A model generated the notes under the pieces. It saw nothing but the letters and a program-made list of their open reading frames with translations, did no database searches and had not been told where the DNA came from. A DNA stretch of 64,000 bases from Spirogloea muscicola (Eukaryota), in NCBI GenBank assembly GCA_009602725.1, contig WELB01000026.1, positions 283,990-347,989 on the forward strand, given 5' to 3'. A program made the translations under genes and the position numbers. Of this stretch, positions 12,128-26,149 are shown piece by piece (within the stretch, counting starts at the first letter, position 1; every line of letters starts with the position of its first letter).

Positions 12128-15100
12128 TCAAAGAATGGGCAAGTCCCGAGGTGCAATGTGCACCATCAGGTCGTTCGCGATGTGTTCCAAGGCACCCAAT
12201 TCTCGCTCTGCCAAGAGCGTCGTCACCAGGCAGTTAGAGTCCTCAAGGGGCGTCCGACCCGTGCGGCCTGCCCGGTGCATGTAAGACGTGGCATCAGGTG
12301 GCACATCGACGTTGTAGATGTGACTGACATCCGGGAGGTCGAGCCCCCTGCTTGCAAGGCCAGTTGCAACTAGCAGCCGGCACCTCCCATCCCGCATGTC
12401 CTGCGCAACTTAAGGAGCCCTGTCTTAGAAACGGGAAAGCTAGGACCTTCACGATCACATAAGAGATTGCTGTCAATGGATTCAAAATGTAGGGGCTGAT
12501 CAAGCAGTATACTGTAACCAACACTCTACCAACATTGCTGCATCCTGCATAGGCCATCTCTTGGTATCTGAAACAGACAGGAGCACTTGTTGCAGCCACA
12601 ACATTTGAGGCAATCGTGGCAGCTCACACTCCACCTGAATGGTGCCAACTCGGGCATTCACATGAGAGTCCTCCTTGAGAATGCCCAGCGGCAGCAACGA
12701 GTCCTTCGCCGGTCCGTCCAAGGGGTTGGCTGCGGCAGCACTTGGCTGCTGCAATTCCATCGCTAACTTGGCGGCAACTACCTCCACAAGAGGACTATCG
12801 CCCGCCTTCCTGGCCTTCTTTGACTGCAACCAACAACCAGCGAGCCACCAGTCAAAAGCCCCGTAGTTAATCGAAGACATTACATGCTGGTCTCTTGATC
12901 TTGGCTTATGCTGCTACTGGTGAAATGGCCGAAGCAGGCCTCAATTTCAAATCATGATTTGAGTCAAGGTTTGGGTCCAATATGTCTACATATTGGACCC
13001 CGATTTGCTCTGAGAGTCAAAAGTATGTACAACCTGTCTTCATAGCGAAGCACAGCTGCTTTACACTCCTTCTATGCCTCACCTGGTCATTTGCAAAAAT
13101 GATGGCTGCCTGAGGCCTGTCAGCACGGACCGCGTCCGCCAGACGCTCCAGCTTCTCCTCTTGGCTGCAGACCTGCAAAGGAATTGAGGCATTATCAAGT
13201 TAGCACACAACAGCTGCTCTCATGTAGACCAAATCTGAGGTTCTTGGTGATTGTCAAGTGACAAGCTATTAACAAACAAATGAGCTCTTAAGGTCAAAGG
13301 TCTGACTTGTTGTCCACAATGCTCACATGCTCAATATCCTGGCGACCGACCCAGTCAGCAAGTGGGACTTGGGTACAATTGCAACAGCGAAATCCATGCT
13401 CTTCTGAGGAAGGCGTCCGAGGTGTTTCTCACAATGTACGAGTGTTGGATACGCGCCGGCACTTTCCGTTCCCGCTCCACGTGAATGTGACAAGCGCTTG
13501 CCTGTAGGACAACCAGCCATTATATTTGATAATGTTGACAAGTTCCTCAGCAGGTCCAGTTGATGAGCATCTAGGACCTAACAGCAGATTCAAATGACTG
13601 AGGCACAGGCTTTGATCGACTGCGAGCATGCGCAGTCAAGTACTACAGAAGCTGACCAGGGCACCCTACCTTGATCCACTTGTTCTTCACACACTCCTGC
13701 ACAAAGCGACGATGCTGGGGTATTGTGGCGCTAGCAAGGACAGTCTGCCTGTCTGCTGCCTGAGGTAGGTTGATCGTCAAGAGCCTGTGCAGGGCGTTCG
13801 AGCTTGACAGCTTCGTGGCCTCTACCACAGCATCCACCTGATTGGGCACGTTCGTAATGCTCGTCATGCTTGCGGTCTGCACTCCAAGATTAATACGTGC
13901 TTTCTTCCCTGTGTTCGTTGACCAGAACTTCTGCCTATCCCATTAATGGTGAACTCCTAGACCTGTATATCTAAGCAGTAATTAGACATAAGGTGCTTTA
14001 TGCAGGGCCTGGGGCTGTGTATACAGTATAGCAAAGACCTTGGCGCTGAACAAGGCATTGGCACGTCTGAACTCATGAATCCAGAGATTCTTCCCAATCC
14101 CTGAGAGCAATTTTGTCATGTCACTCCTCTGGATGTAACTGCAGAGGCTGACTGACGCACATGCGTGTCCAGCTATGCTTACCTCATCAACAACAAGGAA
14201 GCGCACCGCGTGGCCATGGAGGTGCTTGGCATCCGCCATCCTCAGGACCTCTTCCGGAGTACCAACCACCAGCTGCGGAGGCTCGGCCTGGCCAAGCGAC
14301 GGAACCATTGCCAATGGCTTCTCAGCGGGCGACGTAGAGCAACAATGTTCAGGTTCTGACCAAGCCAGTGCATGAACTTCAGGAGCTACACAATCCTTTC
14401 TGTTGCATCTACTGCAGCGTGCTCAAGGCCTGAGCCTTAAGACCTGAACCTGAAGTAAAGGACAATAGCACAAACTGATGAGTTGTTAAATTGGTATCCT
14501 TCCTCTACAGAGCAAGAGTCTATTAGGGAGGGCAAACGATCAGCGGTTAAGGAGACGAAGGGGCCGGGGTAAACCTTGAGCCAGCTGCGTTGGCGGCTCA
14601 GCGTCCCCCCTTCCAGCAGCGCCATAACCTGCAGCCTGCCTCCAGTGCTCTGGCCGGGCTGGCCGCCGGCTGCCAGCTGCCTGGCGAGCTTTGCCACCTG
14701 CGCCACCCTGGCGTGCACATTGAAATCAGACATGGGCTGCACTGAGGTTTCGCGTGCATCCCTCTGATTGCGACTGGTCCACGAGGTGGTCAGAACCCCC
14801 TGTTCAATTTGATGGTCTAGATAAGAGGAAATTGCTATACCTGCATGCCGAGCTCGCGCGTCGGCACCACCACAATGGCTTGCACGGCCGCCCTCAGCGG
14901 GTCAATGGTCGCGAGCAGCGGCAGAAGATAGCACAGGGTCTTGCCGGAGCCGGTCTGCACGTAATCGAGCGCAGCACACGGCAGAGCCACGTTACAGCAA
15001 TGTGTCGAGCGCGCGCCGCACGTTTGCGAGAGGATGGACCCTGTGCTGGTTGTCGGCCTGCAAGGCTTGGATTTGATGTCTTGAGTTTAGTAAGAGAATT

Positions 15101-15945
15101 TTCATCTACTAACATAATAATGTGATAGCTCATTGGGCATGATGCACGGCTGGAGTACGGCGCGCACCTGGGACTGTAGCACACAGTCGCCCCCCCGGAG
15201 CAGAGCTGGCAGCGCCTCGCGCTGAGCCCGCGTGGGCGTGCCGAAGCCCAACTCCTCAGCCCTGGGGTTTGAGATTCAGGGTTTATGCTTAGCCAGCAGT
15301 AAGATTTGTTAGTAGGTTTCAGCTACCGCAAGGCACGCCGCAGCCACGCTGGCGCCGCGCTTGCCTAAAGCACTAAGCTCAGCCAGCGAGAAACTCGAGC
15401 CAAAAACTACCAATACCATGTGTGGAATAATGCTAATGTGAAATAATCTGTATGATTGTCTGGCATCCTCCTAGTCCTCATTCCTGACGCACCCGCCACA
15501 GCGAGGCTTGAGCCCCGAGACGCCGGCTTACAGACTCTCCTGCCCCGCCAAAGCACCGGCGGCAGCGGAGGCTGCGTCGGCGGCGGCGACGGCGGCGGCG
15601 GCGGCGACGGTCGGTTCCTCAAAGCCTCGGCCAAGAGGCGTACCTCCTGAGCAGCCGGGCGGGCACGAGGCCGCCGCAGAGCTCCGCCAGGGCGCTACCT
15701 CCGCCGCCGCCGCCGCCTGCGCAGGCCTCCGCGGCCGCCACCTCCTCCGCAGCCTCCACCTCCGCCGCAGCCGCCGCCGTCTCCGCCGCCTCCGCCGCCG
15801 CCGCCGCCACAAGATGAGCAGTCACCGTGCGAGAGAACTCCGCCACGAGCCGCGCCGGCCGCAGGCGGCGCCGCGGCGGGGCCGCCGAGCCATCGCAGGA
15901 GGCAGCAAGGCGCCACAGCCCCTGCCAGTCCGCCGCCGCCGCTGC
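12128..15945 (-). CDS. DEAD-box RNA helicase, RH58-like (plastid); start lies in N-gap
   Basis: Motifs GFGTPTRAQ, QTGSGKT, VVPTRELGMQ, LVVDEVD, LASAT, SRGLD and YMHRAGRTGR. The segments LAELCGGLVP and GGTLSRQRSWLKAEPP resemble RH58. Confidence 0.9.
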
Positions 15946-16109
15946 NNNNNNNNNNNNNNNNNNNNNNNNNNNNNNNNNNNNNNNNNNNNNNNNNNNNNNN
16001 NNNNNNNNNNNNNNNNNNNNNNNNNNNNNNNNNNNNNNNNNNNNNNNNNNNNNNNNNNNNNNNNNNNNNNNNNNNNNNNNNNNNNNNNNNNNNNNNNNNN
16101 NNNNNNNNN

Positions 16110-18738
16110 GGCGGTGGCTCCCAGCGCCGCCGCGGCGCGCTCAGGTCGGCGGCGGCTCGGGCGACGCCCACGCCGTCGGTGCCAGCGGCGGCGTGGCGGC
16201 CGTCAACGCGCTGGGGCTCGAGTCCCCGTGCTGAGATTGCTTTAGCGGCTGGGGCGTTTGCAGATAGCGCGGCGACGCCGGCGGCCGGGGCGCTCGCCGG
16301 CTTCGAGGCCGGCGGCAAGGACCTTCTGGTCGTCGGCGCCGGCGTGCTCGGCTCGCTCGTCGCCCGCCTGTGGCTCCAGGTGAGCCCGTCGCGCGGCACG
16401 GCCCCCGGTGAGCACGTCTCGCGAGGTCGAGGCAATGCGGGACTCGCGTCACGTCTCGTGAAGCGACGAGCCAAGCCAATGTTTAGGGTCCACAAGGTTC
16501 AAGGGTTACGTCCCAATCAGGACTTGGCTTAAGCATGTAAAGGGCTCAGGTTTGGGATCACCGTCAGGAAGATGGTCCAGCGTGTACGAGTCCTTTGCGG
16601 TCAGCTTCAGGGTCTAGGGTTTAGGTCTAGGGTCTAGGATTTAGGGTTAGTGGTGTAGGCTTTATTGTTTAGGTCACCTATTTCAGACTCGCTTTGTGGG
16701 CGCCGGCAGAGCCACCCGGAGGGCCGTGCGGTGGGCCAGACCCGCACGGCGAGCCGCCACGACGAGCTCCGCGCGCTGGGCGTCCTGCCGGTCGTGGAGG
16801 AGTGCTTGGCGGCACGCCCCATCCCCTTCCCCAACGTCATCTTCTGCGCCCCTCCCTCAGGCAGCGACGACTACCCGGCTGAAGCGCGGTAAGTCAACGG
16901 AGCCAGTTGGAAATTCTCTGCCAATTAGGACCAACCTTAGATTGACTATGCAGCTCACAACTTGGGTTGTATTGTGTGTGTTGACGGCAGTGCTGGTTGC
17001 CGGATCCATTGGCTGTTGACTGAGCACGAGTCAGCCAGCATGCAATACGCATGAGCAGAAGTCTCAAAGTGTCTGTCCTGCTAAATTCCAGGAAAATCAA
17101 CATTTTGGCAAACTGCAACAATGGGTTGTTGAGCTATGGTAGTGCACGGCAGACGGCGAGATTGTTTCTGACACGAAACTGCTCGAACAGTAACTTACAA
17201 TTCCTTTACCCACCAGCAGTTACTGACATCAAGCAATCTGCTGGTAACATTCGGACTCAACCTTTGCTCCTTGCTCTGAGCCTGCAGCGCTGCCATCGGG
17301 CGGTGGAGTGGAGTGGGCTCGCTCCTCTTCACCTCCAGCAGCGGCCTGTACACCGCAGCTGATAACGGCCCCTGCCCGGAGGTGAGCTTCAAAGAGTCCT
17401 GGCTTAATCACTTTTGTAATTGAAGCATAGTCACATTGTCATCCTCGTCTGGCCTTGTCCGCTGTACTTGTGGCACCAGGCTAGTGTGGCATTCATTCTG
17501 CATATACCAAGCTGACATGGTTCAGCGTTCCTTTGTCCAGGATGCGCCTGTGGCGACCCTGGGCATGACGCCGCGCCTTGACCGGCTGCTGCTGGTGGAG
17601 GAGGAGGTGCTGAAGGTGGGGGGCAACGTCGTCCGCTTTGCCGGCCTATACATATCCGCAGCACAGTCTTTGCAAGGTCGTTGGCATCATGGGCTGCTCT
17701 GTCACGAGATGTCTTTCCCTTGCTCAAAGGTCAGTGCATCGTAAGGTGTTGCATCCTTGACTTGCTCAGAGTACACTCTGGAGCGTGGGCCGCACACCTT
17801 CTGGCTAAAGAAGGGGTCAGTGGACTCACGGCCCGACCACCTTCTCAACCTCATCCATTATGAGGTGACACGCTCGGCCGTTGTTGGCAATGGTGATGCT
17901 GCCCAGTACGTCAGGAGTTGCCGTTCTCATTGCCATTTCCTGGTGCCACACTTGCTCTCACATGGATGAGCTATTATACTAGCCTGTATCACCACGGTGA
18001 ATACTGCTGCTATTGTATATCTTCCTAGCAGGACGCAGCATCCCTGTGCGTTGCCGTCCTCAGGAGCGATGCAAGGGGCAAGGTCTTCATGGGCTGCGAC
18101 AACACCCCACTATCAAGGTGAGCCTCCCTTCAGTGTTGCATAATGTATATGGGCAGCTGCATCTCCATTTGATATCTTAACCAAGCATCCTTCAGGTTCC
18201 CTGTCTAGCTGACTGTCCATTGGTGCCCAAGTTGCGACAAATAGTTGGTTTCCTGTTTACCTGACTGTCTATTGGTGCCCGAGTTGCAACAATGAGCTGG
18301 AAGCCTGCATCACCCAGTTGATCCTCGTAAACAGCATGCAACGTAGTATTGATGGTAGTTTCCCATGATGGTCACCATCAGGCAAGAGCTGATGGACGCA
18401 ACCACCGGAAGCGGGTTGTTTGAGGGCTTGTTTACAGGCTTCACCGGTGGGGTTCGTAGGAGCCCTTGACTCACTTGTGGTGTTAGTTGCCGGGCAGCCG
18501 GGTCAGGCTGAGACCATTTTGCATGTGATGGTGGGCCTGTTCGCAGAATGAGGCGTACAAGCCTTGAGGGCTGCCTGTTATCTGATATGTGAAGCTTGAC
18601 TTCCTCGCAGCCACGGATGGGCCACTTGGAAAACGGATGTGCAATGATGCGACACGGGCGGCTCTTGGCTGGAAGCCTAAGTATGGCAGCTTCTCTGAGT
18701 TTCTAGATGAGGCCAAAAGGAGAGAAGGTGCAGTGTGA
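16110..18738 (+). CDS. NAD(P)-binding Rossmann-fold protein (atypical SDR, YeeZ-like, probably plastid); start in N-gap
   Basis: DLLVVGAGVLGSLVA (GxGxxG), GQTRT, FCAPPSGSDDYP, LFTSSS, RFAGLY, NLIHYEDAASL and ALGWKPKYGSFSEF. Stop at 18736-18738. Confidence 0.85.
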
Positions 18739-19199
18739 CCTTATCTGCGGTCTGACGGTGATAGATAGATTCCCTGTGATTTAGCCCTTAGAGGACAGTC
18801 TTTGGCCAGGATTGTTCTATTTCAAGTCAGGGATAAGAACGATCAGAATGCTTGCCTGTAGAGGCCAAGGCATCAGGCAACTTGATTTCAAGGGGACTTG
18901 AGATTTGTAGCAGAAATTGGCGGTTTCCTGCTATGGAAGGTCTGCACCACCTTCAAGCAGTCAAACTACGGTGGATGGAGTGTAGTCACGACCACCTTGG
19001 CTGATTTATATCTCAGATTAAATGCAAGGACTCATGAACATGATCATGGTCACAAAAGAATGAGCAATAAGAAGCTCCGTGAAAGGAGGGGGCCGAGGGC
19101 TGCAAGAGTCCAGCCTAAAAATCACAAGGAGTGCAGAAGGTGGTTAGCGACTACCACACAGGGAAGAAGAGAGAAGCTGTTCCATGGTAAGCATCATGG

Positions 19200-19390
19200 G
19201 CTGAGAAGAAGTGGCTCTCCCAATGGGGCAAGGGCTGTGAGAAGCCAGCCCGAAAAGAATTGACGAGGTTCGAAGGGGCCAAAGTACGAGCTAAGCAGCG
19301 ACTGCGGGGCCTCAGAGGGAAGTGGCTCTCTCAGTGGGGGCAGGGGCTGAGAGAGTCCAGCCCAAAAGGAAGGAACAAGGTCAGATAAGT
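19200..19390 (-). mobile_element. Two tandem subfamily-C retrotransposon 3' ends
   Basis: First copy is near-identical to 59850-59960 (AAGTGGCTCTCCCAATGGGG...AGCCAGCCCGAAAAGAATTGAC...); the second is more diverged. Confidence 0.75.
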
Positions 19391-20149
19391 GCCAAAAACC
19401 GGGTGACGACAAGGTCCATGCGCACCCAGGGGGATCTGGGCCGCTTGTTATTGGTCATTACTTGGGCGGCACTACTCCAAGTGGTTACCATCTGCTCGAA
19501 ATGCTGCTTCCAATGGGGTTCGATCTAGGATGGTGAGATCACCATTGGCACGCCACAGTGGGAACGGGGCCGCGGACCCCGGAAGGCCGGGGTGGATCGT
19601 AGGGGGGGGTCAGGGCACGTGCGTCGGGCTGGCCCCCCNTCCCCCCCCCCCCCCGAGGATGCCCATCTCCCCGTCGGCCCGACGCTAGGCCGACGGGACT
19701 GCCGTTCCCGAGAATAGCGCTTCCAGGAATAGCAAACAGCGAATAAGGGAGTAGCATTTAGGGGCTGGCTGCAGGCCGGCTGCCCAGCGCCCAGCATTTT
19801 TGGCCTTGCCTTGGAGCTCCGGCATCATGCGTCACACCTGGCTGAGCCTCCTACAGCCTCCTCACTCTGGCTCACGGGACGCAACACTCCAGCAACCATG
19901 TAGGCCTGACGCCACAGCCTTCTTGGGCTCTGTGACACTCCCAACGTGGTTTCAGCACCTCTTTCCATTACTCCAGAAGTGGACGTAGGACTGGCAGACA
20001 AGGCCCCACCGGCCGTTCCGGCCCTCCTTCCCACCCCCGTCATCCCTCCTGCCGCTGCTGCTGCCCCACCCCTCTAGCAGCTCCAGAAGTGGACATCGGA
20101 AGGGTTGACAAGGCCCCCATTTCTTTGCACTACTTCTTCGTTTGAACAA

Positions 20150-20210
20150 ATGTATTAGCTTATATTGGCCTCGCTTTCATCTCATGCGCACCGCACGCCT
20201 TCTCTTTTGT
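20150..20210 (+). mobile_element. Subfamily-D retrotransposon 3' end fragment
   Basis: TTGGCCTCGCTTTCATCTCATGCGCACCGCACGCCTTCTC matches 52675-52730 (+) and 28003-28055, 54300-54345 and 58650-58700 (-). Confidence 0.65.
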
Positions 20211-21419
20211 CAGAGCAAGGATACTCGGCCACCCTTGTGTGAGCTAAAATGGGTGCTGTATCATGTCATGTCTGACGTGTAATTGGTGAATGGTATACTT
20301 AAATATGCACCGTGCAAGGTGAAAGGAACGGCCCAGGTACGTCTTTGGCAGCAAGCTGACAGACTTCATCCAACGGCGTCACTGCTAGTTGTGCAGCATT
20401 GTTGGCAACACACCAAGCCACTGTTGGTAGTTTTCCTCGCTGTCCACTAGCTTCAATGGACCCATGGCACTCCTCATCTGCATGATCTACCTCACACATG
20501 GCGGATCCGTCTGACCTTGCAACTGACCTTGCAACATTCACTCTCATCAAGACTCAGGCTCTCATAAAAGACGATGGCTGTGAGAGCAGCCGGAGAAGTA
20601 CAGAACAGTTGCTTCAAAAAGACGAGAAGAAAGAAAACACCTGTCATTAAAGAGTTGCGCCGATCTGACCGATGAAATTAGCTCGACCTGTTGCACTTGC
20701 CTTTGCTAAGGCATGCCACCGGCTAGGGAAATTTCCTTGAGCATCTTGCTGGCAGCTTAAATATAGAGTTCTGGGTTTGCCTTGCCATCTAAAGGCATTT
20801 CTTGCTAGGTGCCTCCTTGCAGCCAACACTTTTCAGATCGACGTAATGCTCCTGTGCCATGCCGCTCCTCTGCAAAAGTTGTCATGCCTCACTCATAAAC
20901 GCAGCTCAAGAATAGCATGGCGACTTCCAGCATCGAGGTATGTAAGAGGAAGCTTCTGCGCACCTCTCTCTCCTTTACAGAAGAGAATGGGAAAGTAACC
21001 ACTGCAATTGTGCACAGCATTTAAATTCCAATCGCTTCGCACACCAGCACACCCAGCTAGCGAGCAGCTAGTGCGCTTGACGCGTTTATGAAAGTTGCAC
21101 AGTTGATGGAGATGCTTGAAATAAACCTAGGCTACACATCTCTATCTCATCAATCTTCGATCTACCGGATGCTTGCTCCTACTGGGTCACAGCATCTGAG
21201 GCTTGCTGGGAGCACCGACAAGCCTGCCGACAGCTCAGCGGCGCTAGAGTCGGCCGTGCCGTAAATGAGTAAGCTTTGAGCAGCCCCAGAATATCTGGCG
21301 GCGTATCCACTTAAACAGTGGCGTTTTGGCCCAGGCACCCAGGCCGGGGACTCAACTGATGGGCAATGTGTGTTTGGCTCCGCAAAAGTGGTGGGATTGT
21401 CTGTGAAGTGGTCAACTAC

Positions 21420-24400
21420 CTAGGCAGCCGTGGCGTTGGCAGAGCGGCTGGCGGTAATTTGGGTCTGTATGTGCTGCGGCACGACGTCAAATTTGGCAAG
21501 CTGCATTGTGTACTGCGCGCGGCCCTTGGTCATGCCCCGCAGGTTGCTCACATAATTGAACATCTCAGACAGCGGCACAAGTCCGTCCACCACCTGGGGC
21601 AATATTCCACATGCAGCATGCAGGCAGTCAGCGCCATTCTTAAGCTCCTAGGCCTTGACAAGTGAGTCCCGCAATCCTAACTCCGCACGTGGGACAGGGC
21701 TGATCTGCTAATGATAATCCTTGTGAAGACAGCACTGATATAGCCGCTCATCACAACCAAGCCTTGACAACCACAGCACTCAGAGAATGTGCCTTGCAAG
21801 CACCTTCATGCCGCCGGGCTTGTCGCCAAAGCTCTCAATTTGACCGCGGCGTGAGTTGAGGTCGCCGATCACATCGCCCATGTGGTCCTCAGGTGTGACT
21901 ACCTCCACCTGCACCACTGCACCCAGTCAGCGGCTAATTCTCGCCGAGCGGATGATGCTCGCCTCCTCAACACCATAAAAGACAACGCAAGAGATATTCT
22001 TGGAGGTGATAAGCTGAAGTCTAACTGTAAGTCCCAGTCCCTAACTCTCCGACTTAGAGGCCAATATGAGGTGGCGGAAGACTTAAGAGGCCTGTCAGCT
22101 GTCAGCTGTCTCAGGCACCGTAAGCAGGCTATGCATCTTCCAAATAGCCCCAAGAGTCCAGCCACACGCCCTGGCAAGCACTGTGGCCGGCAGCAAGATG
22201 CTCGCCAGCTCCTATGTCTTTATGGCAGAAACTGTGTTTACCTCCTCAAATGGCTAGCATGTGAACCCAAGATAGCGCACTAACAAATACCCTGACACTA
22301 CACATACCAAATACTTACATTCTGTACCTTCTATAAGCTCGCACCCTGATTGTCAATTTCACAAGTCTTTCTGATCCCTCATTCAAGCTTGCAGCCTGAG
22401 TGATGCTTTGACATTTATCCATAATTTAAGGTGATGGACTGTGGGTGGTGAGAACAACCAAATCTCAAGACAATCTAAATTGCACAGCTGTGCTATACTT
22501 CTAGCTTACCAATGCAGACAGACAGGCAGCGAGAAGGCTAACCTTCATAATGGGCTCTAGGAGCTTAGGGCCGGCACGCGAGACCCCGTCCTTGAAAGCG
22601 CCGCGCGCTGCCAGCTGGAAGGCAAGCACGCTTGAGTCCACTTCGTGGTACGATCCGTCCGTGAGTGTCGCGCGCACGTCCACGACTGGGTAACCCGCCA
22701 GCACACCATTCGACATGCACTCCTCCAAGCCCTGCCCAGCACTCATCCAAAGGTTTGTCAATGTGAAGCATAACTTTCTTCAGAAGTTGAGGGCTGTTTA
22801 TCTGCACTGATGTCAAACTGCAGGCTTGCCTTCGCCTCTATTGCGGCGCGAGCAGGTGTTGCGTCACAGTCCAGTGTTGGGGAAGGAGGGCAACTGACGG
22901 ACCTTAACAACGCCAGGAACATACTCCTTGGGTACCGTACCACCCTTGATCTCGGACTTGAACTCGTATCCGCTGCCAGCCTCAAGCGGCTCGAAGCGAA
23001 TCTCTACCTCCGCAAACTGACCCTGGCCGCCTGACTGTTTCTTATGCGTGTACTTGACAGTGACCTGTTTTGAGATGCTCTCACGGTAATTCACCTGTGG
23101 TGCACCCACGTTGGCCTCCACCTGCAAGGACCCCCAGTTGGCAACCAACGGCCTTCATTTGTATGTCCGAGCTAGAAAGTGACTGTGCATTTGCGGGAAC
23201 CCGACTCAAAGTTGAAAGACCTACATCAAGGTTTGATACGCTCATTGCTGAAGAGGAAGTCTGGGTGGCGTTGCCTCAACCAAGTAATGAGAGAGCTGCC
23301 ACAACAATGGTGCCGCGCAGCGGGCGAATCTTGCAGCGGCTGCAGCGCACCTTGAACTCGCGCTTGAGGCGGTCAACGATGATTTCCAAGTGCAGCTCGC
23401 CCATGCCCTCAATGACCGTCTGGTTGGTTTCTTCGTCACGCGAGAAGTGGAATGAGGGGTCCTCCTGGGCAAGCTTGATGAGCCCGTTGGCCATGCGGTC
23501 CACGTCCGCCTTTGTCTTGGGCTCAATAGCCACCTTAATGACAGGCTCTGGGAAGTCCATGCGCTCCAGGATAACCGGCGATTCAGCGTCGCAGATTGTC
23601 TCGCCGGTGATTGTGTCCTTGAGGCCAGCAACAGCAACAATGTCACCCGTGCGCGCCCCCTTGATGTCCTCCCGCGAGTTGGCATGCATCTCGAGCAGGC
23701 GCCCAATGCGCTCCTTCTTGTTCTTGTTGGAGTTGAGAACGTACGTGCCAGCTGTGAGCACACCCGAATACACACGAACGAATGTCAACGACCCCACGAA
23801 CGGGTCTGTCATGATCTTGAACGCCAGGCCCGAGAAGGGCTCCTCATCGCTTGGCTTCCTCTCCACCACCTTCTCGGCGTCGTCCATATCAGTACCCTGG
23901 CCGCCCGCAACAAAACAGGCCCACAGCTAAAGTAAGCTGCACAGCCATATGCACACCGCCACCTGGTTTTTTTTACCACCAAATTCTAGCCAGGGTTTAA
24001 GGAGATCAGCCAGGAATTAGTGACACCCACTCAAGCTTTGGCTTAAAAACTTCAGCGGGCTCAAGTAGGTAAAAATACAGACTACATTGGTCTGCTGCCA
24101 CCAACCTGCATAGGGGGAACATCAAGTGGTGAGGGAAGGTAGTCCACAACGGCATCCAGTAGGGGCTGCACGCCCTTGTTCTTGAATGCCGAGCCACACA
24201 GCACAGGCACGAAGCGAGCCCCAATCGTGCCAATGCGGACGAGTTTCTTGAGCTCCGCCTCTGGCGGTTCCTGGCCTTCCATCAGAAATGCCTCCATGGC
24301 TGCATCGTCCAGCTCCACCGCCGCCTCCACCAGCGCGGCACGGTACTCGGCCGCCTGGTCCTGTAGGCCAAGCTCCACCTTGCCGCTAGTTGTCAAAGCT

Positions 24401-25293
24401 GATAACTTGTCATCATTGAAGGCTATCCCTGCTGCCACATTCACGATCGCTGTGCGGTGGCAAACGAATAGGAGGGGAGCAAAAACCAGAGGCGCACCGC
24501 AAGATCAGCAGGAATGTCCTTGTACTCGAACTTTGCGCCGAGCTCCTCACCGCTCCACACAATTGCCTTCATCTTCACCAGGTCCACCACACCCTGGAAC
24601 GAGTCCTCGGATCCTATCGGGAGCTTCAAGTAGCAAGAGATTGTCAGGTTTGACAGTCAAAGGCTCGCAAGCAGCGGGAGATAGGAGATAGGAAGGGCAA
24701 TGCAGGGTGAGAGTGGACAGACGACTGCAGGAGTAGGCCAGCAGCACAATGTGGCAGGCAGCCATAGACCTGGAGAACGAGCGGGTTGGCGCCAAGGTTG
24801 CTGACGATCATGTCGCGGGTGCGGAAGAAGTTGGCGCCAAGGCGGTCCATCTTGTTGACAAAGCAGATGCGGGGCACACCGTATTTATCGGCTTGCCGCC
24901 ACACAGTCTCTGACTGCGGCTCCACGCCTGCAACCGAGTCGAAGAGGCAGATGGCGCCGTCCAGCACGCGCAGAGCGCGCTCCACCTGCATGCGCCAAAA
25001 GCGCGGCAAGGTGAGCAAAGGCCGTCGCGAAGGACGACCAGCACGGCGGCACCATGCAGCAACTTCCGACGGCCATAGCACCACCAACCGAGGCGCACCG
25101 GCACAGGCCAGGTGAAAGCCCTGGACTGAGGGTGAAGGCAGATGGGGAAGAGTCGAGGGGACAGCGAGAGGGGCTGATGCGGCAGCACGCTGCACACACC
25201 TCCAGCGTGAAGTCCACGTGGCCGGGCGTGTCGATGATGTTGATGCGCGTGTCGTTCCACGAGCAGGTCGTGGCGGCGGACGTGATGGTGATG

Positions 25294-25326
<33 letters not shown>

Positions 25327-25723
25327 GTCGCCGTGCCCTCGTGCACCTCGCCGATCTTGTAGCTCTTGCCCGTGTAGAAGAGCACACGCTCCGTCGTCGT
25401 CGTCTTGCCCGCATCGATGTGCGCCATGATTCCGATGTTGCGGTAGTCCTTGAGGTCCGTCGCCCGCGTCTCGCCTGTAAGCAAGCCCCCGCTTCCGCCC
25501 GTCAGAGCCGCGGCGGCCTCGACGGCTTCAGTCAGAAGCTGCTTGCTGAGGCGCCAGATCTGTCGGGGCGCAGTGCGCACTGTATGCGCGCGGCGGCTCA
25601 CCGGCACCCGCGGAGCAGATCACGTTAGCGCGGCGCCTGCCGGAGCCGTCGCCGCTGCCGCCGCCGCCGCCGCCGCCGCTCCGCCTGGAGGGCCCCGGGA
25701 GGCGGCGGCCCGCGAGNCGCCAT
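21420..25723 (-). CDS. fusA: Chloroplast translation elongation factor G (cpEF-G, SCO1-like), multi-exon
   Basis: [68 protein letters not shown] and [13 protein letters not shown]. An N-terminal Ala-rich extension begins at ATG 25723. Confidence 0.96.
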
Positions 25724-26149
25724 GGCTGCTGGCGGTCGTGGGAGCTGCCGCCGGCTCGCCGCGGCGATGGAAATGAAAATGGAAAATGAAATGGAAAATC
25801 GTGGCTGCTGATGGGGGGGGTGGGGGGGGGAAGTGGGGCTGGCATGTCAGAGGCGAGGTCCTGGGTAAGTGGGTGGTGAGCTGCCGCCGGGGAGGGAGGA
25901 AGGGGAGGGAGGGTGGCCGACGCCCCCGTGGCCGTCGATGTGCCACGGGACGGACGGGGCGCGCAGCGAGATCGTCGGGACGGAAGACAATCCGATGTTT
26001 GGGCCGCTTTTGCCCAGCTCCGTACATCCGCAACTGAGGAGAAAGGCGCGCAATACGCGGTCACGGAGGGGGCCAGAACAAGCAATACACCACTTACGGC
26101 AAAAGCTGGTGAAGAGAATGGGGCTACACACCCTATGCGGAGGGGGGCC

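Noticed and set aside
7275..25723. Operon-like cluster of plastid-targeted genes (DnaJ, RH58, SDR, EF-G)
   Set aside because: Mixed orientation and separate spliced genes. Plastid-targeted genes are common enough for chance adjacency.
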